DNA of 64,000 bases from Oikopleura dioica (lineage: Eukaryota; Animalia; Chordata). The stretch is taken from contig OU015568.1 of the NCBI GenBank assembly GCA_907165135.1, positions 2,604,001-2,668,000 on the forward strand, in the 5' to 3' direction. The position numbers and the translations under genes were made by a program. Numbering within the stretch: position 1 is the stretch's first letter; each line of letters starts with the position of its first letter. The notes beneath the pieces are model-generated. The model was not told where the DNA came from and made no database searches. It saw nothing but the letters and a program-made list of their open reading frames with translations. Of this stretch, positions 24,201 to 35,358 are shown one piece after another.

Positions 24201-27200
24201 CTCGTTTAAAAGTTAGTCTTCTTCTTTGAAAAGTCTCTAGAATTTCTTCTTCTTCGCTTATAAACTCCTCTGTTATCGATGCATACTCATTGTCATTTTC
24301 CATATCTATTAGAAACGACCCAAAAAACAATATTACGAAGAAAAACGTAAATTTTAGTGTTTCTGCAATCTCCATTTTTTTTATAAATTCTGTAAAAATA
24401 TGGCTTGGTTGCGAACTTAGTATGAGCCCAAGGCTCTTCCGTAGAAGCCTTGTTTTGTTGCCTCAGGGTTTTTCGGCATTTTTCGCTCAAATCACTACGA
24501 AGATTCTCGCGCTTTGCTCATATTTCGTCTTACTGAAAGAATACTCACAAATTTTTTTAAGATGATATTGAATTAATTGTTTCAGTTCATCAAAATCTTG
24601 CTGTGACTGCAACACAGATGCGGACATTATCGATGAAGACGCGACTACTCAAGACGAACCTCAACGTGAAGCAGCTCCCGCCGACGAAACAGCTGTTCCT
24701 TCCGTTATCACGGAAGAACAAAAAGAGGAAACGACGGACTCTATTTTTGTAGAAGACGAGGAACCTGCAACAATAACCCTGACAGACGAAAAAGGAGATG
24801 AAGCAGTTCCAGAATCACCAAAGCCTGAAATCGCTCCGAAACCAAAGTGCGTCAAGTTTTCTCTCTCGGAGTACCCAGGAGAAGTCGACCACGTAGTTGA
24901 GAAAACTGAACTTTCCGAAAGTAAAGAAGACGAGGAAGGAGTCAAAATTACTACAGTCACTACCACTGTGACAACAGTTGTTAATGGTGATGCAGAAGAA
25001 GATAATCAAGAATCAGGAAAGGATCAATACGTTTTGTAAAGGCGTTTTATTTGGATGAAAACGGTAAGAAAAGAGCTCTGTTAAGCTCAGCCAGTGGTCG
25101 ACCAGTGTTGCCAGCACTAGAAATATGATTTTTTAAAGAGAGAAAACCCCTCTCTTTTCTATTCACCTTTAGAACTCCAGAATCATAATTGCATTCTTGC
25201 CGCAATTCTTTCCTGATGACACCTCCTTTTGGGTTCTTGATGCAATGAACGATACTTTGGATGTATCCATTATTACTCCAGTTCATTCTTTCATCGCACT
25301 TGGCCCCGACTTTTATCGGGTCTTTGCAAGGAACAGCTGCGGTACTGGTGGCAGTGCAAACTTTTCCCTTTTGTGGAACACTTTCCCATTTCGGTTTGTC
25401 GCCAACATAGTCAATTAGGGGAGGAGCTTGTTTTTTCTTCGGCTTCTTTTTCTCTTAAAAATTCTAAAACTTATTGCGGTGAAGGAAGCATACTTTTTGA
25501 TGGTGGTTTTGGTCGAGTATTTATTCTCGGGGGACTTTTTGAAGGGAAAATTTTTGAAGAATTGGTGTTTTTCTCAGATATTTCTTCATTTCTTCCCCAA
25601 AAACAAGCGTCGATACGTTGAATTGCCAAAAATAGAAATAAAAATTTTGTGTTCTTCATAAAATTTTGCTGAAAAAATGAGGAAATAGAAAACAAATCCT
25701 TCATCTTATTCCTAAACAGCGGCCACAAGTGGAAAACGCCTACGGCACTTTTTTCTCAAGAATTTCTGCGCTTTTCTTTTTTCACGTAAAGAAAGATAAG
25801 TGGCTAGAAGCTAGTCTGTAATCCTATGTCGGAAAATGATTTTGATCCTGAAAAGACAACAATTCTCTGGAGAAAGCTGAAAAGCAAGAATCAACGTTGG
25901 CTAAAGAAAAATCTCCCGAGCCCTCTAGACCTGCTCATAGTTCTGAGGATTGTTTCAAAAGCGAAATCTTGCGCTCACGAGGAGTCGGAAGCGTACGCCG
26001 ATCGATGATGATGTTCATGGAAGAGCAAGAAAAGGCAGCGGCTTCGAAGAGCTCAGCTGCGAGGAGTGTCAAGAAAATGCCCGCTTTCGTCGACTATCAA
26101 ACCGATCAGCCGAGTCTGACTGGAACTGGTGTTGTTAGAGTCGCAGTTCCAATTCCACAAAATTTTGTTGTAAGTCGAATTGAAGACCGAAAAAACCATG
26201 ATTTATTCATTTTTAGGAACCAAAGATTGAGCGAAAGCCAATCAAAACCGGTCGAATCGAGCAAATCTACGACGATGGTAAGTTCTTTACATTCAGTCCA
26301 TTTTTATGCATTTTCTTAGCTCCGGAGCCGGAACCAACCCTCAAATTCCTACCAAATAAACCCTCAATGGATCTTGTTTCCTCAACCCCAAAACCAGCCG
26401 AAGATCACAAAGCAAGAATAAAAATCGCTGCATCCGAGGAAGCAAGAGCGATTGTCGCCTCAGCCGCCACTAGAAATGCGTCAATCGAAAACGAAGATGA
26501 AATTTTTGTTGAGAAAAATTTCGACAATCAAGTCGAGGTTAAAACTGCACAGAATGTGGAAACGAAAACTATCGAAGTCGAAAATGGAATTTTAACTACA
26601 GAAGGTATATTCTGAATATAATATTCAGACAGTTTTTCAATACAGATCATGTAATGTCCATACAATATTAATTGTCAATTACAATACTGTATTGTCAATA
26701 CAGTATTGAATGCCCTTGACATCCAGGCTGTGTAAGAACAAGCCTATTCGGAATAGCCTTTTTTGATTAAAAGATCAAAATTCAGTGACGACAACAAAGA
26801 CAACCGTCAGCTCTTCCCGCCAGATTACTTACAGTCATCAAGAAACAATCGACTATGACGACCGTGAAGTGACGAGAAACGAGACTGTCATTAGCAATTC
26901 TTCATCGGAAAACACAAAAGTCGAGGCTGACAATCTCGACATGTCTTTTGGCGACATCAAAATCGAACCTGAACATCTGAGGCCACCATCACCTGCCCAG
27001 GAAAAAGTCGAAGGTTAGCTCAGTTCTCTCTATTATTAAAGTTCAAAATGATTTTTAAAGAAAGCAAAATCGAACTGTCAATCTTGGACATCCTGAAACA
27101 AACTCATTTTGATGAAGAACCCCAAGAAATAGTCATTACCGCAAAACGAGATCGAGGAGCCTCTCTTGGACTATCCATCACTTCACCTCTGGTAAGAAGT

Positions 27201-27511
27201 CAATTTTTAAATAGCCCATTAACATCTTTTATCAAAGGAAGAGCCAGCTGTTGATGTCCCGCTAGCAGCCGATACCGTCATTATCAAAGACATTGTTGTC
27301 TCTTCCAGCGCCAGTTTCAACCAATCACCTAAGATTGGCGATGTCCTAGGTATCTCCGACATCCTTTTAGCCTCAGTCTCACCTCTTTTTAGTTTCAATT
27401 GATGGGATCGAAATCAATTCTTCAAACATCGAGAGTGAGCTTCAAAATTGCGGAAATCTGATCACCCTCAAATTTAAACGCTTCCCGAGTGCCTTTTCTG
27501 GATACAACTAA
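21216..27511 (+). CDS. LRR + acidic disordered region + C-terminal PDZ protein (LAP-like), with alternative terminal exons
   Basis: About 8 LRRs after MGNCGGK. Phase-compatible GT-AG joins 22349>24586 and 24986>25856, then an in-frame exon chain to PDZ (EIVITAKRDRGASLGLSIT...VIIKDIV...KIGDVLVSIDG), stop at 27511. The LRR and PDZ parts are secure; their union is inferred. Confidence 0.6.
22812..24375 (-). CDS. Carbohydrate sulfotransferase (HNK-1ST/CHST8-14 family), nested in an intron of the LRR gene
   Basis: TM at the N-terminus, RRLTFKRAC, LMICLPPKSGTSNW, HNPHWKSIFYRCSPCAMDYNLITHLE, YRHYFTDFVIFGY. Confidence 0.85.
25087..25659 (-). CDS. Small secreted Cys-rich protein, nested antisense
   Basis: Signal peptide MKNTKFLFLFLAIQRIDA; Cys-rich exon (KVCTATSTAAVPCKDPIKVGAKCDERMNW...HCIKN...QECNYDSG); last exon CWQHWSTTG*. 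Internal join unresolved. Confidence 0.5.
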
Positions 27512-28219
27512 AGATGATCTGAGTCTTATTGATAAATATGAAATTCTAAACACTGTGCTTCTTAATAAAATAGAATCAGTTTGCGGCTGGAATCCGAAGG
27601 CTGAAAGAAAAACATCATAGTCTATCTTGTTCACTCATCACTTACCATTTGCATCATGAAGAAGGGTCATTAGTACGAAAAAAGAGCAGTTGACAACGCT
27701 GATATCGTGGCGCTATTTATGCATGAATATAAAGAGGGGCTTTCATCATTTTCTAAAAAAAATGAATCTTTTGAGTTTCTTTCTCTTTTTTGTCTCGAGT
27801 CTTTCTGCGATGAAAGTAATGCGAAGAGGTTTCAACCCTTTCAACTAGTAAGTTTTTTCTTCGAAAGTCCTTTTTTTCTCAAATTTGAATAAGTGAAACT
27901 CAATATAAGAGCTTATCATTCAGTATGTATGAGTACGACAGCTCCCCGGAAGGAACTACAGACGATTTCTTTGTGAATGAGAAACCCTATCGGAAACATG
28001 AAAACCTCAATTATCAAAAGTTCCTCGAGGGCTAGGGCATCAGTTATTCCACTATGATCTGCTTTGTCATCAGAATAAAAGATGAATAAATGTCAAGCTA
28101 TATTTTCTCAGAAATGCAATGGTTACAGTGATAAAATTTTAAATAAGTCTTTAAGATTTCCGACAGGCCGAATTAATAAGAAATCAAAGATTTATTTCTC
28201 CGAAAAGCTTTTATTTATT

Positions 28220-30360
28220 TTAAGCCCAGTTCATCTGCCAGTCTGAATTGAACTGAACGTTGCCATCTGAGCCGATGATAATTGGGCCTTTCAGGGTTTT
28301 TCATTTTTTATGAATCGAAGTTTTTGATTGAGGAAAAAAACTGGAAAACCCTGACCTGCTTGAGTTCGACGGCGAGTAGTTGTCGTGGTGGTTGTTGTGG
28401 TCGTCGTTGTTGTGGTGGTTGTTGTTGTGGAAGATGTTGTTGTTACTAGATCGGTTGTTGTGTCTGAAATGATTATGGTTTGTTCCTTTTGTTGGGAAGA
28501 TTACCGAGGTTGTAAGCGTTTGGATCGCTTCGATGATGATGTCCAGATCCCATATGATGACTTTGCCCAGATGAGTGATGATTGCTTCCGCTCATGAAAT
28601 GACCGTTCCCATGGTGAGAACCGCAGTTGGGGTCGTCATGATCGCAGCGGCTCAGCTCCTCTAGAATTTTTTTTTTCGATTTTTGGTTTCTAGAGATTGT
28701 CAATTACCGTCGATAAAATGGCTTTGCCGATGAGCTCTTTCACATTTGGTAAAGATTTTTCCACCGCCTCTTGGTTCACAGTGATTGTGTTGGTTGAAAT
28801 GATGATGGGAGTTTTCGTGATTCCAGCTGTTCTTGACGTACAAATCTGCAGCGTTTATGGCGAATTGCTTGTCGCATTCGCACACTTTTCGAGCGCAGGT
28901 GTTTTCGCGGTCGGTGCAGGTAATTGGGTCGTACCAGTTCTTCCCGGCGGCGGGGCGGTTGAGAGCGTAAGAATACGTTTGAGAATGCGTGTCGCACTTG
29001 ATGTCAGATTCTTCGATGCAAGAGTAGCAGGTTCGGAGGAGGGCGCAGTTGAGGTCAACATGGTCTGCTGGACGACCTTTTCCACCGGTGAAGATGTAAT
29101 GTGAGTGATCAGGCATACAGTGACATCCATAACTAAATATTTGCATAATCTTAGTCAGACGTTCGAAGAGTGAGAGTGTAATATTAACGATTAAATAAAC
29201 TTTGCGAACAAAATAGAGATATTTTTTCAAAAGAATGTCACGAAATGATAAAATGCAGGCTGACACTGACTATGTCGCCGATTTTCACCGATTTCCTTTG
29301 CGTTCAAAAAAAATTGAAAAAACAATTGGTGAAAAACTTGCCGATCTCACAAAAGAAGTGAATCTGAATGAGGCTCAACTACAAGAAGAAATCAAAAATG
29401 GGAACAAGGAAATTAAAGATCTGAAAAATAAAGTTACACAGCTTGAAAAGAAAAACATCGCCTTAGTAAAAGAAAAAAAAATTCAAAAAGGACAACGAAC
29501 AAATTTTGAAGGCACTTGGAAAATTATCTCTTGACTTTATTGAACAAAAAGGTTAGAAAGTTTCAATAATCACATTCAGTTATTATTTCAGGCTTATCAC
29601 TTCAATGCAAAATCTGCCAAGAAATGTTTACGGATGGCGATCATTTCCAAACGGGACTCAAATGTGGCCACACTTTCGGCGAGTCGTGCATTCGAAAGTC
29701 CTTGGCAAATGTCAAACGATGCCCTGTATGTAACAAAAATGCTGACATTTCCGATTTGAGCCGTGTTTACTGAGTAAAAACTTTTTACTAAAAAGCGGCT
29801 TTTTACGAAATTAAATTTGTCATTAAATCTCATTGTGACTAAGTTTTTTATGATTCCGGTAAATTTGAGTTCCCTTTTCCAATGAAATTAAAAAATCTTA
29901 CCCGTGATAAAGTTCCATGGTGTACTCCGCATAAGCTTCATTTTCAGTATTTGACGTAATTGTATGTTTGAACTCAATTCCCGTCGAGACTTGGGACTCG
30001 CTCATAAATCCTAGCGCGCTGTGTCGGCCTGAAATATGCGGCAGGTAGGTATGATAGACGATCCCATTTGCTTGATGCGTCCAGACGAGCATTCCCATTA
30101 GCAACTTGAATCGAATTCGTGAAATATCAACGGTTCTCTGGGTCAGTCCTTCCAAGTCGCCAAGCTCGGTCAGGATGTTTCCAGCAATTCCGGTTGAGTT
30201 GGCGATTCCAAGTTGCCATTCGAGAAGTTGGATTTTGACAGCCTCTTCTCGGAGAGCACCATTTTGAGGAGCTAAAATAATGAAAGTTTAGGCAAAAATC
30301 TCTCTTCTAACCAACAGCTCCAAAAACACCACTTGAAAGAAAAACGTTAAAAAGCTTCAT
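28220..30360 (-). CDS. Secreted phospholipase A2-like protein (probably non-catalytic) with N-terminal domain and His/Gly- and Thr-rich tail
   Basis: In-frame chain from MKLFNVFLSSGVFGA through ...FALNYGCHC...DHVDLNCALLRTCYSC...CARKVCECDKQFA, then a His/Gly stretch, poly-Thr and ...DWQMNWA*. Confidence 0.75.
29235..29534 (+). CDS. Single-exon coiled-coil ORF nested antisense in PLA2-like intron 29133-29600
   Basis: 99-aa heptad-rich ORF preceded directly by ttttttcaaaag|a-ATG. Confidence 0.45.
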   Translation: MSRNDKMQADTDYVADFHRFPLRSKKIEKTIGEKLADLTKEVNLNEAQLQEEIKNGNKEIKDLKNKVTQLEKKNIALVKEKKIQKGQRTNFEGTWKIIS

Positions 30361-31013
30361 CAAATGTCGACGTTGCTGAGTCGTATTTGAGATTAACTGA
30401 GATTTTTGCAAGCATTGAAACTCTATATATACGGAAAATTCTGTTGAGAAATGTGAGTTTTGGTTTTTAGCGGCGATGTAACGGTCTACGGCGCGGACTA
30501 TGGGAGCATGTTTTTTGAAGAAACCGCAAAGATTAAATGATTCTAGAGGTTTTTGGTAAGGAGAAATAAATGAAAAAATATTAGAATTACAATTTTACCG
30601 ATTTGAACTTGGCAAGGGGTCTTTTTAGATTTGTTGGGCCTTGAATTATTATGAAATTTATGCTCGAAAGAATCTGACATAAGATCTGTCAGTCAGGTGG
30701 ACTTTGGGACGCTCATGACGAAACGCCGGTGATTGACGAAATCGAAAACCAAAATGGTGCCATTTTGAGCTCTCCGACTTCATGTAAAATCTAGTTTCCA
30801 TCAAATCCATTTGAAAAATAGAGAAAAAAGGTCTTTGACGAACTTGTTAACCTTCTTCTGATAGACAATCATTTATTTGGTTCCGTCAAATATTGACAAA
30901 TCTGCCATTTCTAACACCTTTTGAATCTCAACCGCGTTTTTGCCCTTGAGCTATTGTAAAAACTCTGACTTGAAAGCCTTTCAGAAAACAAAAGAAAGAG
31001 AAGTCAAAACAAA

Positions 31014-32705
31014 ATGAAACGATTAGGGATCGCAATTTTCGGCCTCGGAAGAATCGGACAGATCCATTTAGGTAGTCCCTTTGATTTCTCTTTTTTAATT
31101 TTTGCTAGAAAATTTGCTGGTTAATCCTAATTACGAAATCCGGTATTTATGCGACGTCAACGAGTCCCACGCAAAATTCATCAGAGAGCGATATAACCTT
31201 GCTGCCGAAGCTGTTGGCCAAGATTCCTTCACAAAAGTCTTTGGGGATGAAAAAGTCGACTGTGTCATTGTCGGAACTCCTACTGACACGCACGAGGGTC
31301 TTTGCGAACAAGCACTGAAGAGTGAAAAACATGTGTTTTGCGAGAAACCACTGGCGATGACACTTGAAAGCTCGCTGAAAATTATTGAGCTTGCGAAGGT
31401 TTGGTCTTTAAAAGAAAAACGGTAAAATTCATTCAGGAAAAGAATCTGACTCTTCTCGTCGCCTTCAACCGTCGCTTCGACCCTCAGATTCTCCGCGTCA
31501 AGAGCGAGTCAAAAGCTCTTGGCAAACTTTTCACAGTGAAAACAACCGCTCGCGACGCTCCTCGTCCTCCGATCTCGTATCTCAAAATATCCGGCGGTAT
31601 TTTCCACGACTGCGCCGTCCATGATCTTGATTTACTCAGGTAAAATTGTTACATAACATAAGAATCGCGAGCTATTGCAATTAAAAATCCGTGACCCCTG
31701 GTTTACACACGTGATAGCGCTCCCATCTTAAAAATTCTGAAGCTTTACCGGAAATTCTCTACAAGCGGAAGTGACAAAACACTTGTCAGTTTGTGAGCAG
31801 ATGATAAGTCCCACCAACTTTTGTTGAAGAAGAATATTTAAGAGTCAATATTCACTTGAAATCATTGTTTTTCCAGAAGCCAATTTCTTTCGTGTGTTTT
31901 GGCAGCAGCCCTACCTAAAAGTCAGTAGATTCTTTTGCCTGGTGATGGACAATGATCAAATAAGTTGCATCAAGGAAACTTGATGATAAGAATATTAAGG
32001 ACAAGAAGAATTTAAGTGACCAAGAATCTTTGTCTTTGGTCACCAAGATAGCTACTTCCGCTTTTTCCGCCCATCATGGTCATGAAAAATAAATGTCTTC
32101 TCTCAGATTTATGCTTGGAGAAGAGCCTGAAACCGTCTACACTTCTGCTCATGCTCATGACCCTGAAATCGCAGCATTGAACGATGCAGACACCGTTTTT
32201 ATGCAGTTAAAATTCCCTAGCGGAGCTCTTGGCCACATTGAACTTGGCCGAGATGCTAGATATGGATATGATCAGGTCGGATAAACTCGTTTTCTTTTAT
32301 TCATTTTTGGGAAGACCGTTGAAATCTTTGGCGAAAAAGGGAAGGCGATTTCGGCGAATCAACAAATTGCTCAATGGCAAGTCTGGAAAGCTGAGGGCCA
32401 ATCTACTGATGCTATCAAGCAGTCCTTCAAACAACGATATCATGATGCATATGTTGCTGAGCTCGTTGAGTTTCATGCGATCATTACTGGCGAGAAGGCT
32501 GATATGTCTGTTGTCCCGGCGGATTGGTAGGAAACTCACAATGATAGAAAAGAGAATTTTTTTTAGTTTGAGAGTGTCAGTTTTGGCAGAAGCTGCTGAA
32601 GAATCGTGGAGAACTGGCCAGGTTGTCAATATCAAGAATTTCACTGAAAAAATGCTAGAGCATGAAAAAGTTGATTCGAAGAGATTTCATGCCGCGCTAG
32701 AATAA
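31014..32705 (+). CDS. Myo-inositol 2-dehydrogenase-like Gfo/Idh/MocA oxidoreductase (6 exons)
   Basis: GIAIFGLGRIG, HVFCEKP, FNRRFDP, SGGIFHDCAVHDLD, YGYDQTVEIFGEKG. All five introns are GT-AG and in phase. Confidence 0.9.
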
Positions 32706-33086
32706 ATCTCAACAAAGACAGTGTTCAATTTTTCTATTGATAAAGACAAAAGTGTGCTTAAAAAATCCATATCAAAATGAATATGTCATCTTTTTGGCTT
32801 AGCGTCAATGGCAGTATTTACTCAGACATCAGTGCTACTGTGCAAGAAAATTGCTCTTCGGAAGTTTATCTTTCTTGGAAAGAATTTTAGGTGTGAGAAG
32901 AATCGGACTGTTTCCCTATCTAAGCAAATAGTTGACGTTTCGGAAAAATGCTCTCAATTCTCCCTCTACAGCATATATAACCGCTCACTCTCCGGAGCAT
33001 GATCATTCAAACTTTCAACAAACTCAAAATATAACTCAAATAAAGCTTTTCTTTTCTCAGAAAAAAAAAACAAACAAACAGATAAA

Positions 33087-34679
33087 ATGATGGATACTAT
33101 GAAAAACATTCTCATCAACCCTGCTACTCCAATCGTTCTCTACACAGCCTACAAAGTCCTCAATCTCGCAAAACAAGCCAAGCGACTTAATTCGTTCACC
33201 GACCAGCATTACAAACCATCTGGTCAGAATTTTTTCGGCTCCTTTGCCGAGTTTATCAAAACAATGCGAATGTCCATTGAAGACGGATCAATTTCCGAAG
33301 AGTTTCTTTTTTGGCGACAACGAAAATTCAAGGAGTCGCAAAACAGTGCCTTCCCAGGAACTTGGATTTTCAAAACTCTTCCTTGGCGCCAATTAATGTA
33401 CGTTGCCGACCCGAAATTAGTCGAAATGATGGCTCAAATCCCCGCTTCCTCAGTCACACAAGGCGGCTTTGCTGGCGATCTTCTAGAACTCGACTCCCGA
33501 GGATTCAAAAACGGCCTCGTCATGCTCGAACACGACGACTGGAAGAAACAGCGTAAGATCATCAGCCAGATTTTCCGACGAAACCAGCTCGACAACTACA
33601 TTGAAACAATGGACCAAGCCGCGATCACTTTCACCGAAAAACTCGCCGAGCAATCTTCCTACTCAAAATCCGGCGCGTACGAGAAATCCCGACTTTTCGT
33701 CTACGAAATCCTCTTCAAGACAATCTTCGGCGACGCAACTGCCGAGGTGCAGACCGACAAAACTTACGAGCCAATCATCAACACATTCCAAAAACTCGGT
33801 GACGCTATCAATTCGAAAATCAGAAGCCTTCCTCTCATCCTCCTCCTCAAGAAAATTCCCCTTGGAATCGAACTCGCCAAGAAATTCTGGAAGCCGCTTC
33901 GAGAAGAACAGGAGCATCAGCATTCTAGAGATATCTACCTCGAAAAAATGGTCGAAAAATCCCGAGCCGACCACAACGAAGGAATCGAAAACTCCGACTT
34001 GACTTCAATCCTCATCAGAAGCCAGGAAAAACTCGGAAAACCTGCTCTCTCCAACGCTCAAATCCACTCTCATCTTTTCACCTTCCTCTTTGCCGGACAT
34101 GAAACTACCCTTGCCGCACTCAGCTGGGCTCTCTTCCATCTCGGAGAAAACCCAGAATGCGCCGTGAAGATCCAGGAGGAGTTTCATAACCTCGGCGGGC
34201 AAATGAACCGACAAACGATTTCCAACGCTAAATACACTGAAGCATTTATCAAAGAAATTCTCCGAATTCGACATGTTGTCGACATGATGGTTCCGCGAAA
34301 GCTTATTGAAGACGTGTCCCTCCCCGATGGGCGAGTCCTCCCTAAGGGTCTCCAGTACATCGTCGACTTGGGCAACATCCACCGATCCGAAGCTCAATTC
34401 GGCTCAAACCCAACAAAATTTGACCCGACCCGATTCCTCGAGCAGCCGAAAATGGCCAACAAAAAAGAAGGCAAATACAGCTTCATGCCATTCGGCGGCG
34501 GCACTAGAATGTGCGTTGGAAACCACTTTGCCATGCAAATGCTCAAAATTGCAGTTCTCCGAGTTGCTTCAACCCTAAAAACAGAAAACCAGCACAACGG
34601 AGAGGTTCCAAACCAAATGGAAGGTGTCTCCTGGCGACCGAAATCTGGAACTTTGGCGCAAAAATTCACCTCTTTGTAA
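33087..34679 (+). CDS. Cytochrome P450, intronless (530 aa)
   Basis: WxxxR (WKKQR), I-helix FAGHETT, ExxR (EILR), FDPTRF, heme motif FGGGTRMCVG. Confidence 0.95.
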   Translation: MMDTMKNILINPATPIVLYTAYKVLNLAKQAKRLNSFTDQHYKPSGQNFFGSFAEFIKTMRMSIEDGSISEEFLFWRQRKFKESQNSAFPGTWIFKTLPWRQLMYVADPKLVEMMAQIPASSVTQGGFAGDLLELDSRGFKNGLVMLEHDDWKKQRKIISQIFRRNQLDNYIETMDQAAITFTEKLAEQSSYSKSGAYEKSRLFVYEILFKTIFGDATAEVQTDKTYEPIINTFQKLGDAINSKIRSLPLILLLKKIPLGIELAKKFWKPLREEQEHQHSRDIYLEKMVEKSRADHNEGIENSDLTSILIRSQEKLGKPALSNAQIHSHLFTFLFAGHETTLAALSWALFHLGENPECAVKIQEEFHNLGGQMNRQTISNAKYTEAFIKEILRIRHVVDMMVPRKLIEDVSLPDGRVLPKGLQYIVDLGNIHRSEAQFGSNPTKFDPTRFLEQPKMANKKEGKYSFMPFGGGTRMCVGNHFAMQMLKIAVLRVASTLKTENQHNGEVPNQMEGVSWRPKSGTLAQKFTSL

Positions 34680-35358
34680 ATCTGTCATTATTTACTGTAA
34701 ATATTTTTATACTTTCTTGACCAAGCTTGTTTCTATAAGCTGCTTTATATATTTGCAAATACAATGTTCTTTTCAAATTTCCGCGTTTATAGCTTGGCAT
34801 TCGATAAATATAGAAAATATAAACAAAAGCAGGATATGAAACAAAAAAATCAATAATAATTGAAGATTCTTGTTGGTCACAAGCTCACACAGAAGCAACA
34901 TCTGATCAGAATCATATCATTAACGCAAATTATCATGAGTTCCCCACGAGGCTCGAGCATCAAAAAATAGGGGCGTATCCAGCTTCAGATTCTCATTCGG
35001 TAGCTGTCGCTGATAAAACCTATATAAAATTCTCATAATAATGATCAGAAAAGTTATGTTTTATTTGTCATCATGGAAATAAAAAAATCACTTCTGAGCT
35101 ACCAAAAGCCCTCCGTGACGTTTCTTATGGAAATTTTTCTCGAGGAAGCTTGGGAAATTTGCAGTTGCTTTATCTTTGACTTTTGAAATAATCCTGTTGA
35201 AACGTCACATCCGTATTTGCTTACAAGAGTTTTTATTTATTAATAGCAATAATTCATAAATCATAATTTTGGTCTCCTTTTCTTAGAGTATTAAAAATAA
35301 CGCAGTTATTACGGTATGTTAGGTTTCGTTATGATTGACATTTTACAGTTATTAAAAG

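Noticed and set aside
28460-28510. Apparent frameshift between the His-rich and Thr-rich parts of the PLA2-like gene
   Set aside because: It is resolved by a 41-nt phase-1 GT-AG intron.
28385-28597. Poly-Val ORF on the plus strand
   Set aside because: It is the antisense shadow of the poly-Thr (ACN) exon of the PLA2-like gene.
33311-34720. Many overlapping alternative-frame and antisense ORFs over the CYP (likewise over tubulin and beta-galactosidase)
   Set aside because: Expected shadows of GC-richer coding sequence; no independent motifs.
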